Notes: generated from the letters alone by a model not told the origin. Counted from the stretch's first letter, positions 29,869 through 40,937 are shown. The stretch is 64,000 nucleotides of DNA from an uncultured Gammaproteobacteria bacterium (GCA_964403585.1 CAYOFQ010000001.1:799008-863007); one strand, 5' to 3'. Made by a program: numbers and translations.

Positions 29869-31074
29869 TTATAGGTTTAATTCCCGCAATTTCGCGATTA
29901 TTGAGGGCAAAGCCGTTATAAGCCGCTGAATCTCTTCTTCGGTAGAATACTTACTTGTGCTTACCCTCAAGGCCGCCGAACGGTGAGCATCAAAACCGGA
30001 CAACGGAAGCGCTTCAATTACATGCGACTGTCGAACAACCCCTGAAGAACAGGCTGAACCGGAGGAGACTGCAATACCTTCACGATCAAGGGCCGTGATC
30101 AAAGCTTCTCCGTCAACTTTCTCAAAAATAAAACTGGTAATATGTGGTGCACGATACTCGGGATGACCAGTCAAATGAGCATCCGGAACTCCGCGCAACA
30201 CTTCATCACGCAGTTTTTGCTGCAAAGCAACTAACGCTTCCTTTGTTTCAGGTGAACGCGAAATTTGGGCCAAAGCCTCTCCCATACCGACAATTCCGGC
30301 CACATTTTCGGTACCGGCGCGCTTGTAATACTCCTGGCCACCCCCGTCAATCTGACGGGAAATCTGGACTCCGTCGCGCATATATAAAACACCTGCACCT
30401 TTTGGTCCATACAGTTTATGCCCAGTCATCGAAAGCAAATCTACACCGATAGCCTGGACATCGCACTCGAAATACTGAATCGCCTGTACTGCATCACAAT
30501 GGAAATAGAGCGGCAGAACAGTTCGTTCATCGGCATTTTGTAACCTTGACCAGCGTGTTTTACGCACGAGGGATCCGATCTCCTGAACCGGCTGCACCGT
30601 TCCAATCTCATTATTCACATACATCACCGAAACGAGAACCGTGCGCTCTGTGATAGCAGCTTGTACTGCTTCGGCAGCAATACGCCCAAACGCATCAACC
30701 GGCAGCCACACAATTTTTGCCCAACCCAATGATTCAAAATGTTTGAGCGATTCAATAACACAGGGGTGCTCGGTCGGGTTAGCAACTATTTCAGGTAAAA
30801 AATCCAACTCCCGCTTCTGTCGCAGATAATCTAGCACTCCCTTAATCGCCAAATTGTTTGCTTCAGTAGCACTCGATGTAAAAACAATATCCTTCGCCTG
30901 GGCACCAATAGCTGTAGCCACTTGCTGGCGTGCCCGCTCCACCGCCATCCGTGCATCTCGACCGAGAGAATGGACCGAGGAGGCATTTCCGTAGATTTCA
31001 CTGAAATACGACAGCATTTTATCAAGAATAGGTGAATCTAATGCCGTTGTAGCGGCGTTATCGAGATAAATCAT
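29869..31074 (-). CDS. Cysteine desulfurase (class V aminotransferase, IscS/NifS-like)
   Basis: IYLDNAATT... and the PLP-lysine motif SMTGHKLYGPKGAGVLY. SD AGGGAGG upstream. Confidence 0.85.
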   Translation of the reverse strand: MIYLDNAATTALDSPILDKMLSYFSEIYGNASSVHSLGRDARMAVERARQQVATAIGAQAKDIVFTSSATEANNLAIKGVLDYLRQKRELDFLPEIVANPTEHPCVIESLKHFESLGWAKIVWLPVDAFGRIAAEAVQAAITERTVLVSVMYVNNEIGTVQPVQEIGSLVRKTRWSRLQNADERTVLPLYFHCDAVQAIQYFECDVQAIGVDLLSMTGHKLYGPKGAGVLYMRDGVQISRQIDGGGQEYYKRAGTENVAGIVGMGEALAQISRSPETKEALVALQQKLRDEVLRGVPDAHLTGHPEYRAPHITSFIFEKVDGEALITALDREGIAVSSGSACSSGVVRQSHVIEALPLSGFDAHRSAALRVSTSKYSTEEEIQRLITALPSIIAKLRELNL

Positions 31075-31139
31075 TAAGACATTTTATCATAAACCTCCCT
31101 CTATTGCTCAATACCGGCAATATAGTAAAATCAACCCAT

Positions 31140-34100
31140 ATGTCATTTAAAGCCGTCGATCCAACCAAAACCTTACAACAACTTGAAGATGAAACCATCC
31201 AGTACTGGAAGGAAAATAAAACCTTCGAAAAATCAGTCGAGTCCAAACCCAGGGACAACACCTACACATTTGTAGACGGACCGCCGTTTGTCTCCGGTAT
31301 GCCTCATTACGGCCATCTAATGACCTCAATTGCCAAAGACTTAGTTCCCCGGTACTGGACTATGAAAGGTAAACGCGTCCGCAGGGTATGGGGCTGGGAC
31401 TGTCACGGGTTGCCAATCGAAAACAAAGTTAATCAGAAACTCAAAATAAAATCCGCATCCGAGATCGAGGAACGGGTTGGAATCGACAAGTACATTGAAG
31501 AGTGCCGTAACTATGTTTCCAGTTATTCGGCCGACTGGCGCTGGTACATCGACAAAATCGGACGCTGGGCAGATCTGGATAATGCCTACTACACCATGAG
31601 CACACACTATATGGAATCTGTGATCTGGGCTTTCAGACAAATTTATGACAAAGGCTTAATATATAAAGGGAAACGCGTTTCCTTGTTCTCAACAGATACA
31701 TCAACTCCGGTATCCAATTTCGAAGTTCAGATGGATCCCGATAACTATGCTGATACCCAGGACCTGGCAATCTTCACTAAATTTGAGTTGGAAGATGCTT
31801 CCCGCATAGTTGATACCCAGGGTAAACCCGCCTATCTGATAGCCTGGACAACGACACCGTGGACCATCCCCTCAAATGTAGCCCTGGCAGTAAACAAATC
31901 GTATACCTATGCCGTTGTTGAATATGAAAATCAGATTCTGATTGTAGCCATGGACCGTCTTGCCTATACGTTTAATGAAGACGAAGGCCATATCGGTACA
32001 GAAGAGGGGAAGGTCGTTCGAATTTTGAAAGAAGTTAAGGGAACAGAGCTCGAAGGATTTTCGTATAAACCGGTCTATGATTTCTTTGTTGCGGATAAAA
32101 CCGATAACGACTTCAAAGTATATCTTTCCGATGATGTTGTAAATACTGAAGGAACCGGTGTCCTGCATATCGCTCCGGCGTTTGGTGAGGTCGACTTCCA
32201 GATGGGGAAGAAACACAATTTAAGTGCGCCCGCCGATATCGATCAGGAAGGACTACTGACTGTCGGTCCGTGGACCGGTGTGTACCTGCGACAGGCTTCA
32301 CCCGCTATTACCGAAAATCTCCAGGAAAAAGGTAATTTGCTCCGTTCCGAAATGTATACACACCGCTTACCATATTATCGTGGTGATAATCCTCTTATTT
32401 ACATGGCCCAGGATGCCTGGTTTATTGACATCCAGAAAATGAAAGACCGCATGCTGGAATTGGGTGAGGACATCAACTGGGTTCCCGAACATGTTAAAGA
32501 AAACCGCTGGAAACACACTCTTTCCACTTCTCCCGACTGGTGTATTTCCCGTAACCGTTACTGGCTAACGATTATGCCGGTTTGGCAGGCTGAAGACGGC
32601 GAAGAGCTGGTCGTGGGCAGTATCGAGGAGATGACACAGTTCACCGACCAGATAACCAGGAAAGAAGAAAATGGAAAAATAACCTACTGGTTTGGGGAAC
32701 GGCCAATGGATTTGCATCGTGACGTCTGCGATAAGATAATTCTCACCAAAAACGGCAAACAATTTAAACGCATTCCGGAAGTTCTGGATAACTGGATGGA
32801 TTCAGGTTCGGCACCATTTGCGGAATATCACTATCCATTTGAGAATAAAGATACCTTCGAAAAATCCATGCCGGCAGATTACATTATTGAATATGTCGGC
32901 CAGGTCCGTGCCTGGTTCAATGTGCTCCACCGCGTTTCTACCATGTTGTTTGACCGTCGCTGTTTCACCAACGTTATCTGCCACGGTGTGTTGGCCGGTA
33001 ATGATGGCCGTAAAATGAGTAAAACCTACGGCAATTACCCCGATCCGAAGATGGTACTCGAAAAATACGGCGCCGATGCAGTTCGTTTGTATTTTACTAC
33101 CAACCCGATCTTCCTTGGCGAAGACATGAACATCAATGAAAACGACATCGCCGATCAGGTAAAGTCGGTATTAAATATACTATGGAATTCGTACAAGTAT
33201 TTCAGCACCTATGCGATCGCCAACAACTTTGAAGGAAAGCCCGATAAAGCACTTGGCGATACTCCCTGGATTTCGGAACCGGAAGACACCTTTTTAGACA
33301 AATGGATCAAAACACGCTTAAAGGAAACTGCATACGAAATTAGCACCGGACTGGACAACTACAATATTCCACAGGCCGCCCGAACAATACGACCCTTCGT
33401 TGATGACTTGTCCACCTGGTATATCCGCCGCTCACGTAACAGGTTCGTCTCGGGAGATAAACACGCCTTATCGACACTCTTTAGGATCCTGGTTGGTTTC
33501 TCACGCGTGGCAGCACCGATTATCCCGTTTATTACCGAATCAATGTACCGCAATTTAACGGGGGAAGAGTCCGTGCATTTGGCTAACTATCCCGCTACCA
33601 AAGCACTCACTGATGAGGAAAAGAAACTGCTCGAATGTATGGCAGTAACACGTCAAATTTCCTCGCTCGGACAGGCAGCACGTTTGCAGGCTAAACAACC
33701 AATCAAACAGCCGCTCCAGACTGTTCAATTGAAGACCGAAAACTCAGCCGAACTTCCCGACGAATACCTCGAAATCATCAAGGAAGAATTAAACGTTAAG
33801 TTGGCAACTTTTGTCGATACCGTGGATAATTCTTTTGTTACGGTTGAGGAACGAGGTATTACCCTCGGTCTTGATACCACACTGAATGAGGACCTCCTTT
33901 TGGAAGGGAAACTACGCGAAGTACTCCGAGGCTTACAGGAAGAGCGTAAAAACGCAGGACTGCAGGTAGCCGACGAAGTCGAATTACACTGGTTTTCCAA
34001 TGACGAAACAATTGGCAAAGTATTTGAAAAATTTGCGCAACAAATTAAGACAAATATCAAAGCATCAGCGCTAATTAGAGAAAGTTCGGAAGACGGTTTG

Positions 34101-34145
34101 ATCAAACTGGAGAAAACAAATCTTGCTGTGACCTTGAAGCGGTAG
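31140..34145 (+). CDS. ileS: Isoleucyl-tRNA synthetase (type-2/eukaryote-like form, about 1000 aa)
   Basis: PPFVSGMPHYGHL (HIGH-like), KMSKTYGN (KMSKS), CP1 editing region. The track start is a TTG at 31104. The ATG at 31140 is preferred because it leaves room for the divergent promoter. Confidence 0.9.
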   Translation: MSFKAVDPTKTLQQLEDETIQYWKENKTFEKSVESKPRDNTYTFVDGPPFVSGMPHYGHLMTSIAKDLVPRYWTMKGKRVRRVWGWDCHGLPIENKVNQKLKIKSASEIEERVGIDKYIEECRNYVSSYSADWRWYIDKIGRWADLDNAYYTMSTHYMESVIWAFRQIYDKGLIYKGKRVSLFSTDTSTPVSNFEVQMDPDNYADTQDLAIFTKFELEDASRIVDTQGKPAYLIAWTTTPWTIPSNVALAVNKSYTYAVVEYENQILIVAMDRLAYTFNEDEGHIGTEEGKVVRILKEVKGTELEGFSYKPVYDFFVADKTDNDFKVYLSDDVVNTEGTGVLHIAPAFGEVDFQMGKKHNLSAPADIDQEGLLTVGPWTGVYLRQASPAITENLQEKGNLLRSEMYTHRLPYYRGDNPLIYMAQDAWFIDIQKMKDRMLELGEDINWVPEHVKENRWKHTLSTSPDWCISRNRYWLTIMPVWQAEDGEELVVGSIEEMTQFTDQITRKEENGKITYWFGERPMDLHRDVCDKIILTKNGKQFKRIPEVLDNWMDSGSAPFAEYHYPFENKDTFEKSMPADYIIEYVGQVRAWFNVLHRVSTMLFDRRCFTNVICHGVLAGNDGRKMSKTYGNYPDPKMVLEKYGADAVRLYFTTNPIFLGEDMNINENDIADQVKSVLNILWNSYKYFSTYAIANNFEGKPDKALGDTPWISEPEDTFLDKWIKTRLKETAYEISTGLDNYNIPQAARTIRPFVDDLSTWYIRRSRNRFVSGDKHALSTLFRILVGFSRVAAPIIPFITESMYRNLTGEESVHLANYPATKALTDEEKKLLECMAVTRQISSLGQAARLQAKQPIKQPLQTVQLKTENSAELPDEYLEIIKEELNVKLATFVDTVDNSFVTVEERGITLGLDTTLNEDLLLEGKLREVLRGLQEERKNAGLQVADEVELHWFSNDETIGKVFEKFAQQIKTNIKASALIRESSEDGLIKLEKTNLAVTLKR

Positions 34146-34157
34146 TAAACTGCTTAC

Positions 34158-36017
34158 ATGGATACACAAAAATTTGAACTAATCGCGAAACTTCTTCGTT
34201 ATTATAGCATTGTCTGCTCGTCTAAAGCCGGCTCGGGACACCCCACCTCTTCACTCTCCGCGGCCGATATTATGGCGGTGTTGTATTTTAACTTTTTAAA
34301 ATACGACTTCGACCATCCCAATAACCGGTTCAACGACCGCTTAATTTTTTCGAAAGGCCATGCCACTCCACTGCTGTATTCCTTATTCAAAGTTGCCGGC
34401 CGCATCGACGAAGAAGAGCTTTTAACCTACCGAACCCTCTATAGCCCGCTCCAGGGCCATCCAACACCCGAAACACCGTATACCGACGTCGCAACCGGAT
34501 CACTAGGAATGGGACTATCTTTTGGGCTAGGCATGGCACTCGCGAATAAAATGGATGGTATTCCCAATAAAACCTATGTACTCCTTGGCGATGGTGAGAT
34601 GGCCGAGGGAAACGTCTGGGAGGCGCTTGAAGTTGCTTCACACTACCAGGTAAACAATCTGATCGGAATTATCGATGTAAACAGACTGGAACAAACAGGT
34701 ACGACTATGCTCGCCCATGATGTTGATACATATCAGCACAGAGTTGCCAGTTTTGGCTGGCAAACTGCAGTCATTGACGGTCACAATGTAGAGGCGATCG
34801 AACAGGCTTTTACCCAGGCGCATAATCAAACGGCACCATTCATGATCATCGCCAAAACGATTAAAGGCAAAGGTATTTCCATTTGGGAAGACCAAGAGAA
34901 CTGGCATTCAAAAATACTCAATGAAGAGCAACTTGCCGAAGCAAAAAAAGAATTAAACCTGCAATCCGGTCAACTAGAGCAAACCTTCAAGGTGAATAAA
35001 CCTGAACAGGACAGTCCAATTGCAAAGAAGAAACCGGACACCTCCAGCTTTGAATTTTCTTATGAGAAACACATTTCCAACGGAAAAATCGCCACCAAAG
35101 CTGCCTTTGGCTCCGCGCTGGCTGAGCTCGCCAAAAACAATCACGATCTGCTCGTGCTGGACGGAGACGTCTCCAACTCCAGCATGACCGGTGAAGTAAA
35201 ACAAACCACACCAGACCAGTTTCTTAACCTTTTTATCGCTGAACAAAATATGATTGGTGTTGGCGTAGGCATGGCCAAGATGGGTAAGGCAGTGTACGCA
35301 GCAACTTTTGCCGCGTTTTTAACCCGGGCCTATGATCAAATCCGTATTGCCTCACTTTCCGAAGCAAATCTTAAACTGAATGGATCCTACGTCGGAGTTT
35401 CGATTGGTATGGACGGCGCTTCACAAATGGGACTTGAAGACATCGCGATGATGCGGGCTGTCCTCAACAGTACGGTTTTATATCCGTGCGATCCGGTCTC
35501 CACCGGCAAACTAACACAATCCATGCTCCAGCTGGACGGGGTTTCGTACATCAGAACTACGCGCGAGCCGACACCTGTTATTTATTCTTCGTATGAGCAA
35601 TTCCCTGTCGGCGGGTCAAAAACGCTCCGCCAGTCTGATTCCGACCAGCTGCTCATCATCGCAGCCGGGATAACCCTCCACGAGGCACTCAAAGCCCATA
35701 CAGAGCTCCAAAACCAGGGAATTAACGTCCGTGTTGTCGATCTCTACTCAATTAAGCCAATCGATGCTGACGGGCTCAAAACAGCTGCTCAAGCCAGTCA
35801 AAACCGCATCATCACCATTGAAGACCACTATTATGAAGGGGGCATAGGGGATGCGGTACTCAATGTATTCGCCCAAACTCCGGTGCAGATTACAAAAATG
35901 GCCATTACCGGCCGGCCACATTCCGGCAAGCCTGATGAGCTTATTGAGCACTATGGCATTTCCGCCAAACACCTGATTGAAAAAGTCAAAGAGCTTGTTA
36001 CAATACATCAAAATTAA
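34158..36017 (+). CDS. tkt: Transketolase (single-chain, short form)
   Basis: GHPTSSLSAADIMAVLYF TPP-binding N-domain plus Pyr and C-terminal domains. 619 aa. Confidence 0.85.
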   Translation: MDTQKFELIAKLLRYYSIVCSSKAGSGHPTSSLSAADIMAVLYFNFLKYDFDHPNNRFNDRLIFSKGHATPLLYSLFKVAGRIDEEELLTYRTLYSPLQGHPTPETPYTDVATGSLGMGLSFGLGMALANKMDGIPNKTYVLLGDGEMAEGNVWEALEVASHYQVNNLIGIIDVNRLEQTGTTMLAHDVDTYQHRVASFGWQTAVIDGHNVEAIEQAFTQAHNQTAPFMIIAKTIKGKGISIWEDQENWHSKILNEEQLAEAKKELNLQSGQLEQTFKVNKPEQDSPIAKKKPDTSSFEFSYEKHISNGKIATKAAFGSALAELAKNNHDLLVLDGDVSNSSMTGEVKQTTPDQFLNLFIAEQNMIGVGVGMAKMGKAVYAATFAAFLTRAYDQIRIASLSEANLKLNGSYVGVSIGMDGASQMGLEDIAMMRAVLNSTVLYPCDPVSTGKLTQSMLQLDGVSYIRTTREPTPVIYSSYEQFPVGGSKTLRQSDSDQLLIIAAGITLHEALKAHTELQNQGINVRVVDLYSIKPIDADGLKTAAQASQNRIITIEDHYYEGGIGDAVLNVFAQTPVQITKMAITGRPHSGKPDELIEHYGISAKHLIEKVKELVTIHQN

Positions 36018-36094
36018 ACGAATTACCCGTTGACCCGATATAGTACTATAGGATATAATTCACGTACCAATTTATTGGCATTTTTAGCGTACTT

Positions 36095-37045
36095 ATGAGC
36101 GATAACAATAATGCACCATACCAGTGGACACCGGGTTCACAGCAGGGAACTCCTGAAAAGGGGAAGCAGTCGGCCACGTACAAGCTTCCATCCGATCTGG
36201 GGGTACCCTTTGGTGAGCTTGCTATGGCTCAGGCCATTCAAAATAGTATGGAATCAAAAAGCCGACAGCAAGCCGAACAACAGCCGGTTATGGCTATTCC
36301 GACTATCGAAAATCCCTACGAGGCAATAAATCAGCTACCCGTTGCCGCAATTCCGCTTAATCTTAATCAGCAGTTAAATTTTGACATGTCCGCCATGCTG
36401 GCTGCCGGTACATTGCCACCTGTTCAGTCCGAACAACGTCCATCGCTCCCTCCACAGCCACAACACAATGTTGCGGCCCGACCAGGTGCGATTATGGACT
36501 TTACCAGCGAATTGATGAAAGGGTTTGCATCCTCGATCACCGAACAAGCCAAATCGGCTACCAGCGCAGTAACCGGTGAAATTATTGGTCAGGTGACCAA
36601 TACTGATGTTCATGCCTCACTACGGCGCCAACAGGAGAGATTGGCCGAGCAGCGAAGAATTCTCCAGGCAATGGCCCCGCAAATCCGCCGACAGCACTCC
36701 GATGCCCAACAGGTACAAATACAGAATCTGAGCCAAAGCCGTGACTATGGTGATACAATGCGCCGAATGCAAAATGAACAGGTTGCCAAGGAAATGGACC
36801 AGGCCAAAGATGTCTTACGCGCAGCTAGCAAACTTTCAACACTCGACAGATTCAAAGCCATTGTTTTCAAAAAAGAGATGGCCGAAAATGCTGAAAAAAC
36901 AGTCATGAAGCGTATAGAAGCCAAGAAAAAACCACCTCAGGCTACGGCCAAAGCGCCATCCGGACCGGGAGCACATCTTAATAAAAAACAATCAATGGTA
37001 GATAAAGGCGGCCGGGAACTTTCAGGCGCCGGTGGCGTGCAATAA
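36095..37045 (+). CDS. Hypothetical low-complexity Q/A/P-rich coiled-coil protein
   Basis: 316 aa, compositionally biased, no catalytic motif. Confidence 0.4.
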   Translation: MSDNNNAPYQWTPGSQQGTPEKGKQSATYKLPSDLGVPFGELAMAQAIQNSMESKSRQQAEQQPVMAIPTIENPYEAINQLPVAAIPLNLNQQLNFDMSAMLAAGTLPPVQSEQRPSLPPQPQHNVAARPGAIMDFTSELMKGFASSITEQAKSATSAVTGEIIGQVTNTDVHASLRRQQERLAEQRRILQAMAPQIRRQHSDAQQVQIQNLSQSRDYGDTMRRMQNEQVAKEMDQAKDVLRAASKLSTLDRFKAIVFKKEMAENAEKTVMKRIEAKKKPPQATAKAPSGPGAHLNKKQSMVDKGGRELSGAGGVQ

Positions 37046-37537
37046 GACAAATTCAACAGCCCGGACTGTCTCCGGCATAATCTGACGGGCTTCTCCTCCC
37101 AAAAGTATCTCCTCTGGAGAAAACACCTTAAATCCTGTCACAGATTCCGCTTGCGGTTCCGGAATCGAATCTAGCTCTGTTGTAAAAACGCCAACGTATA
37201 CCGGCTGTCCCTCATCAGTCGTATCGTTGAACGGGAACGCTCCGATATACCGGTAATCATACAGACGTCCAATTTCCTCCTCAGTTTCACGCACAACAGC
37301 TTCTTCAAGACTCTCACGGTGACGAACAACTCCGGAAGCAAAGGACGCGTACCAACCCGGAAGATAACTCACAATCGGTTCTAGTGCCCGTCGCTGCAAT
37401 ACAATCTGCCCGTGATGAAACGCCACTAAATGCACCGACTGATACCGCAATCTATTCTCGATAGCTGCTTTTCTGGTTGTATGACCCTGATACGATCCAT
37501 CACGGTCAACAATATCGACCAGCTCATGACTTGGCAT
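37022..37537 (-). CDS. NUDIX hydrolase
   Basis: Nudix box GVVRHRESLEEAVVRETEEEIG. Confidence 0.6.
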   Translation of the reverse strand: MPSHELVDIVDRDGSYQGHTTRKAAIENRLRYQSVHLVAFHHGQIVLQRRALEPIVSYLPGWYASFASGVVRHRESLEEAVVRETEEEIGRLYDYRYIGAFPFNDTTDEGQPVYVGVFTTELDSIPEPQAESVTGFKVFSPEEILLGGEARQIMPETVRAVEFVLLHATGA

Positions 37538-37593
37538 GAAAAAGATTTTATTAATCGCATTAATGAAGTTCTAGTGAGGATCGACTGGCAAAG

Positions 37594-38313
37594 CTAAACA
37601 CTTGGAACTACTTTTTGTTCCTGAGTATGAAAGTAGGGAATTGCCTGAGGTTTATTTTCTACCAGCTGTTCAAAGTATTTAACCAGAGCTATACTTCCTT
37701 GACTTGAATATTGTTCAAATTTAATTGCCGTGGGTAAATCACTCCAGAAGTGCACACCAAATTCGTTATCCGGCTCCGGTTCACCTTCACTAATCTCCGC
37801 AACACACACATGATAAAAAATGTCGCTGAATAGGTTACCCTCCGAAGTATAGCGTGAATGCCTGATGAGTCCGGCTTCGGTAAATTCTGCTTCAATTCCG
37901 GTTTCTTTTTTGACCTGGTGGGACATCGACTCTTCGATTGAAAATCCCTTAAGAATGGGCCCCCCTATGATTCCCACATTGCCGAAAAACGGATGATTTT
38001 TGCGCATTTGTGAAAGAATCTTAGTTATCCCGTCAATCTGCTTTAAAACTATTCCCAGACCATTTACTCTGAACAGGGTATACACCTCTCCGGCAGCATC
38101 CATGGGTGATTCTTCGGTAACAAATTTCTTGCCAGCCTGACTTAAGTAATAAAGGCCATCATTCTTAATTACCAGCTCGGACTCAAGTAATGACTTCAAA
38201 TGGTAGGGAAAAAGGTCATTTTCGACGTCTTTTGGACGAAGGGCAGAGTACCTGGCACCATTTGTTTTGAGTAGTTGAGTCAAAATGTGTTTCTGGGTTT
38301 TATTTTGCAACAT
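37594..38313 (-). CDS. Winged-HTH + NUDIX-like protein
   Basis: N-terminal HTH (ILTQLLKTNGARYSAL), C-terminal Nudix-like GGPILKGFSIEESMSHQVKKETGIE. Confidence 0.45.
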   Translation of the reverse strand: MLQNKTQKHILTQLLKTNGARYSALRPKDVENDLFPYHLKSLLESELVIKNDGLYYLSQAGKKFVTEESPMDAAGEVYTLFRVNGLGIVLKQIDGITKILSQMRKNHPFFGNVGIIGGPILKGFSIEESMSHQVKKETGIEAEFTEAGLIRHSRYTSEGNLFSDIFYHVCVAEISEGEPEPDNEFGVHFWSDLPTAIKFEQYSSQGSIALVKYFEQLVENKPQAIPYFHTQEQKVVPSV

Positions 38314-38341
38314 GGCCTATATTGTACTATAATAGGCCTTA

Positions 38342-39244
38342 TTAGGGAAGATCCCCACTATATTCAAATGCAGAGGTGAAAATTTTGCTTAAATGCGTAC
38401 GGTCAGTTATTGAACCCCAGGTTATCCTACTATCATGTGAATCTGCAGCTTCAATCCAGCGGTCGCTGCCTTTTGACTTCTGATGAGTCCAAATCAACCC
38501 GTCGGCACTGATATATAGATATCGATGTTTTCGGGAGGCCCTGTTTTTGGTCACAATCTCAATTCTACCGGTAGGTTCAGATAGCTGACTAACTGCCTGA
38601 TCATACTCGTGATCGGAAATCTCGTACTGTACACGGTTACGAAAACCCAGCGGCCCAATTGGCATGAATTGAAAAAGTTCCCATCGGGTCACTGCCGGCA
38701 AGCCCTGAAGCAGTGGCAATATGTTCGAAATGTCATCAATATTCTGCTTATGAACAACAGTATTGATACTAATCTTCTTCTGTAAGCGATCAAATTCTTC
38801 AAGCAGAGCCATGGTCTCATCAAGAATAGCCGGCCTTCCTTTTCTAAACAGACGACAAATTTCGTTAGTTGAACCGTCAACGGGTAACCCGAGAACATCA
38901 ACCAGTGGTGCGATTACAGACGGCGAGATATACGGAACAACTCGTTTACTGTTCATCACCAGTTGAGCGTCACGCAACATCGCCGTACCAACCGTATCAA
39001 GGGTAATTGAATAGCCCAGCTTCTTTGTCATTTCGAGAATCTCAATAATAGCATCTCTACTGAGCGGATCACCCCCCGCAAACGTTACACGCGAAACACC
39101 AAATAATTCTTTAAGCATTTTGAGAGAATAGAATAAGTCCTCAGTAAGAAAATCGGGATTTTTATTGAAGTAGTTATAACAACCAGGGCAGGCAACAAAA
39201 CAGGCATGTCCGATCAGAATATTAACCGTTCTGGTCATTTCCAT
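38342..39244 (-). CDS. Radical SAM protein (MoaA/PqqE-like core, no SPASM domain)
   Basis: CFVACPGC is a CxxxCxxC cluster near the N-terminus. FAGGDPL. ...QFMPIG. Confidence 0.75.
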   Translation of the reverse strand: MEMTRTVNILIGHACFVACPGCYNYFNKNPDFLTEDLFYSLKMLKELFGVSRVTFAGGDPLSRDAIIEILEMTKKLGYSITLDTVGTAMLRDAQLVMNSKRVVPYISPSVIAPLVDVLGLPVDGSTNEICRLFRKGRPAILDETMALLEEFDRLQKKISINTVVHKQNIDDISNILPLLQGLPAVTRWELFQFMPIGPLGFRNRVQYEISDHEYDQAVSQLSEPTGRIEIVTKNRASRKHRYLYISADGLIWTHQKSKGSDRWIEAADSHDSRITWGSITDRTHLSKIFTSAFEYSGDLP

Positions 39245-39311
39245 GCCAAGAATTTTAATTTTGGTACTACTTACGGATCAAGTGAAGAGCGACTGGCATA
39301 AATTTGAGTAT

Positions 39312-40226
39312 TTATTTCACTTCGACAGTAAATGACGCCAACTGAACCTCACCCTGATGCTTAAACTGCAAAAACATACGATACACACCTTTAGAGAACA
39401 CTTTTTCAGTCATCGACATTGGAGTAAATTCTATCAACGGTCCACCACGATCGCCCGACTGAAGTACTGCAGTATTGGTGGGATGCACATGGATGTATTC
39501 ATACTTCTGCTGATGGATCATGACTAAGTGACCATAGGCTCCCAAATACGGCTCCAGATCAGATATATTCTGCTTAGTACGACTGTTTTTAATCGTAAAC
39601 GATACCTGTTGCATACCGTGGGTTAGCGCTTCGGACATAAGCTGACCACCGGTATTTAAGGTAACCTCATACTCGCCAATAATTTTACTGAAATGAATAT
39701 CCGGCTTCTGAGAACTTAGCGGGGCAGGCGGGCTTTCTGCAGTTAATAGATTAAACATCCCGATCTGCTCGGTGGAACCAAGCGGAGTATAATTCAAAAA
39801 CACAAAGTATTTTCCATTCGTAGGAAGCGACGTGCGCAAATGGAAAACGCTGCCTTCCTGCTCGGGATGCACGTGGTCATAATAGGTAAGCGAACTATCG
39901 GTAATTATTGCATGCATTATTTTCTCATACTGCACCTCAAACAAACTGATATTTCTTTTTTCTTTAGTATCAAAAATAGTAAATACTTTATCAATTTCCT
40001 TACCGAGCGTTACCGGTAAATTATCATTTTCCACCACGACAAAACGTTCAGGGTCATGATTTTTCACCATCATGCTGTGGTCCATGGTAGACGGAGCGCG
40101 ACTTGCAACAGGCTGGCGTTCACTATTGTAAACCCTGTTCGAAAAGGACCAGTATTGCCAGATACCTGTTATAAATGGAACTATAAAAAGGAGAACCAGC
40201 CAACGATAATTTACCGATAACTTCAT
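39312..40226 (-). CDS. Membrane-anchored protein with His-rich extracytoplasmic domain (paralog of the C-terminal domain of 59716..61248)
   Basis: Shares motifs YEKIMHAII, HVHPEQEG, LEPYLGAYGHLVM, HVHP and FTPM...KGVYRMFLQFKH with the FRD-fusion protein. N-terminal TM anchor. Confidence 0.5.
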   Translation of the reverse strand: MKLSVNYRWLVLLFIVPFITGIWQYWSFSNRVYNSERQPVASRAPSTMDHSMMVKNHDPERFVVVENDNLPVTLGKEIDKVFTIFDTKEKRNISLFEVQYEKIMHAIITDSSLTYYDHVHPEQEGSVFHLRTSLPTNGKYFVFLNYTPLGSTEQIGMFNLLTAESPPAPLSSQKPDIHFSKIIGEYEVTLNTGGQLMSEALTHGMQQVSFTIKNSRTKQNISDLEPYLGAYGHLVMIHQQKYEYIHVHPTNTAVLQSGDRGGPLIEFTPMSMTEKVFSKGVYRMFLQFKHQGEVQLASFTVEVK

Positions 40227-40313
40227 AACTTCAGTTAATTGTACCCGGGCACAACCGGATTAGTAAACCACTAGCCAACAGGTAAAATAAAGCTTTTTTT
40301 ATCACCTAAATAT

Positions 40314-40937
40314 TTATTCGGGAAGAATTGAAGCCTGCAGACCAGCGTACTCAACTTTTGCCAATGTTGATAAATATTCAGATACATTCAGCAACCCGTA
40401 ATTGTCATTAATTCTCCGCAAAATCGCATCATCGTCGGCATTCCCCATACCTTTTCTATAAACATTAAATCCATACCCTTCGACGAGATCCCATGTGTCT
40501 ACCACAAACACTCGCCGTAAACGTTCATCAAATTGGCCATACGTACTACATATAAAACGTCTACCTGTTCTAAAGTCAACCTCAGTAATAAAGTGTGGAA
40601 CATGAGTCGGCTCATACGTTACATAGACAATGCGAGCTTTATCATTTCCCACCAAGCGTCGAACCGAACGTGTTATAGCTTCGGCTGCAGGGGCGCATAA
40701 AGCCACCTCACCTGCAGCACCTTCAAAAGCCTCGGCGATGGCGGTATTACGCTGAAATAATCCCATTATTACAGCACCCCGCACGCGGTCCAACTGGTCG
40801 TAAAATTGACGTCGTCGTGACTTAAGATGTGAATAGACTATCCCTCGAGCTGAGAACGATACTGGATTTCTCTCGTTGGAATAAACTTCTAAGGCCATAT
40901 GTATTGAGACAGGGTTAATACAAAACAAGGTAAGCAT
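40314..40937 (-). CDS. Hypothetical protein
   Basis: 207 aa in a GC-normal region. No confident motif. Confidence 0.35.
   Translation of the reverse strand: MLTLFCINPVSIHMALEVYSNERNPVSFSARGIVYSHLKSRRRQFYDQLDRVRGAVIMGLFQRNTAIAEAFEGAAGEVALCAPAAEAITRSVRRLVGNDKARIVYVTYEPTHVPHFITEVDFRTGRRFICSTYGQFDERLRRVFVVDTWDLVEGYGFNVYRKGMGNADDDAILRRINDNYGLLNVSEYLSTLAKVEYAGLQASILPE

Noticed and set aside
34202-34907. Several minus-strand ORFs (67-99 aa) within tkt, and similar ones within the HK, ileS and P-type ATPase genes
   Set aside because: All lie antisense within long, well-supported genes and show no protein-like motifs.
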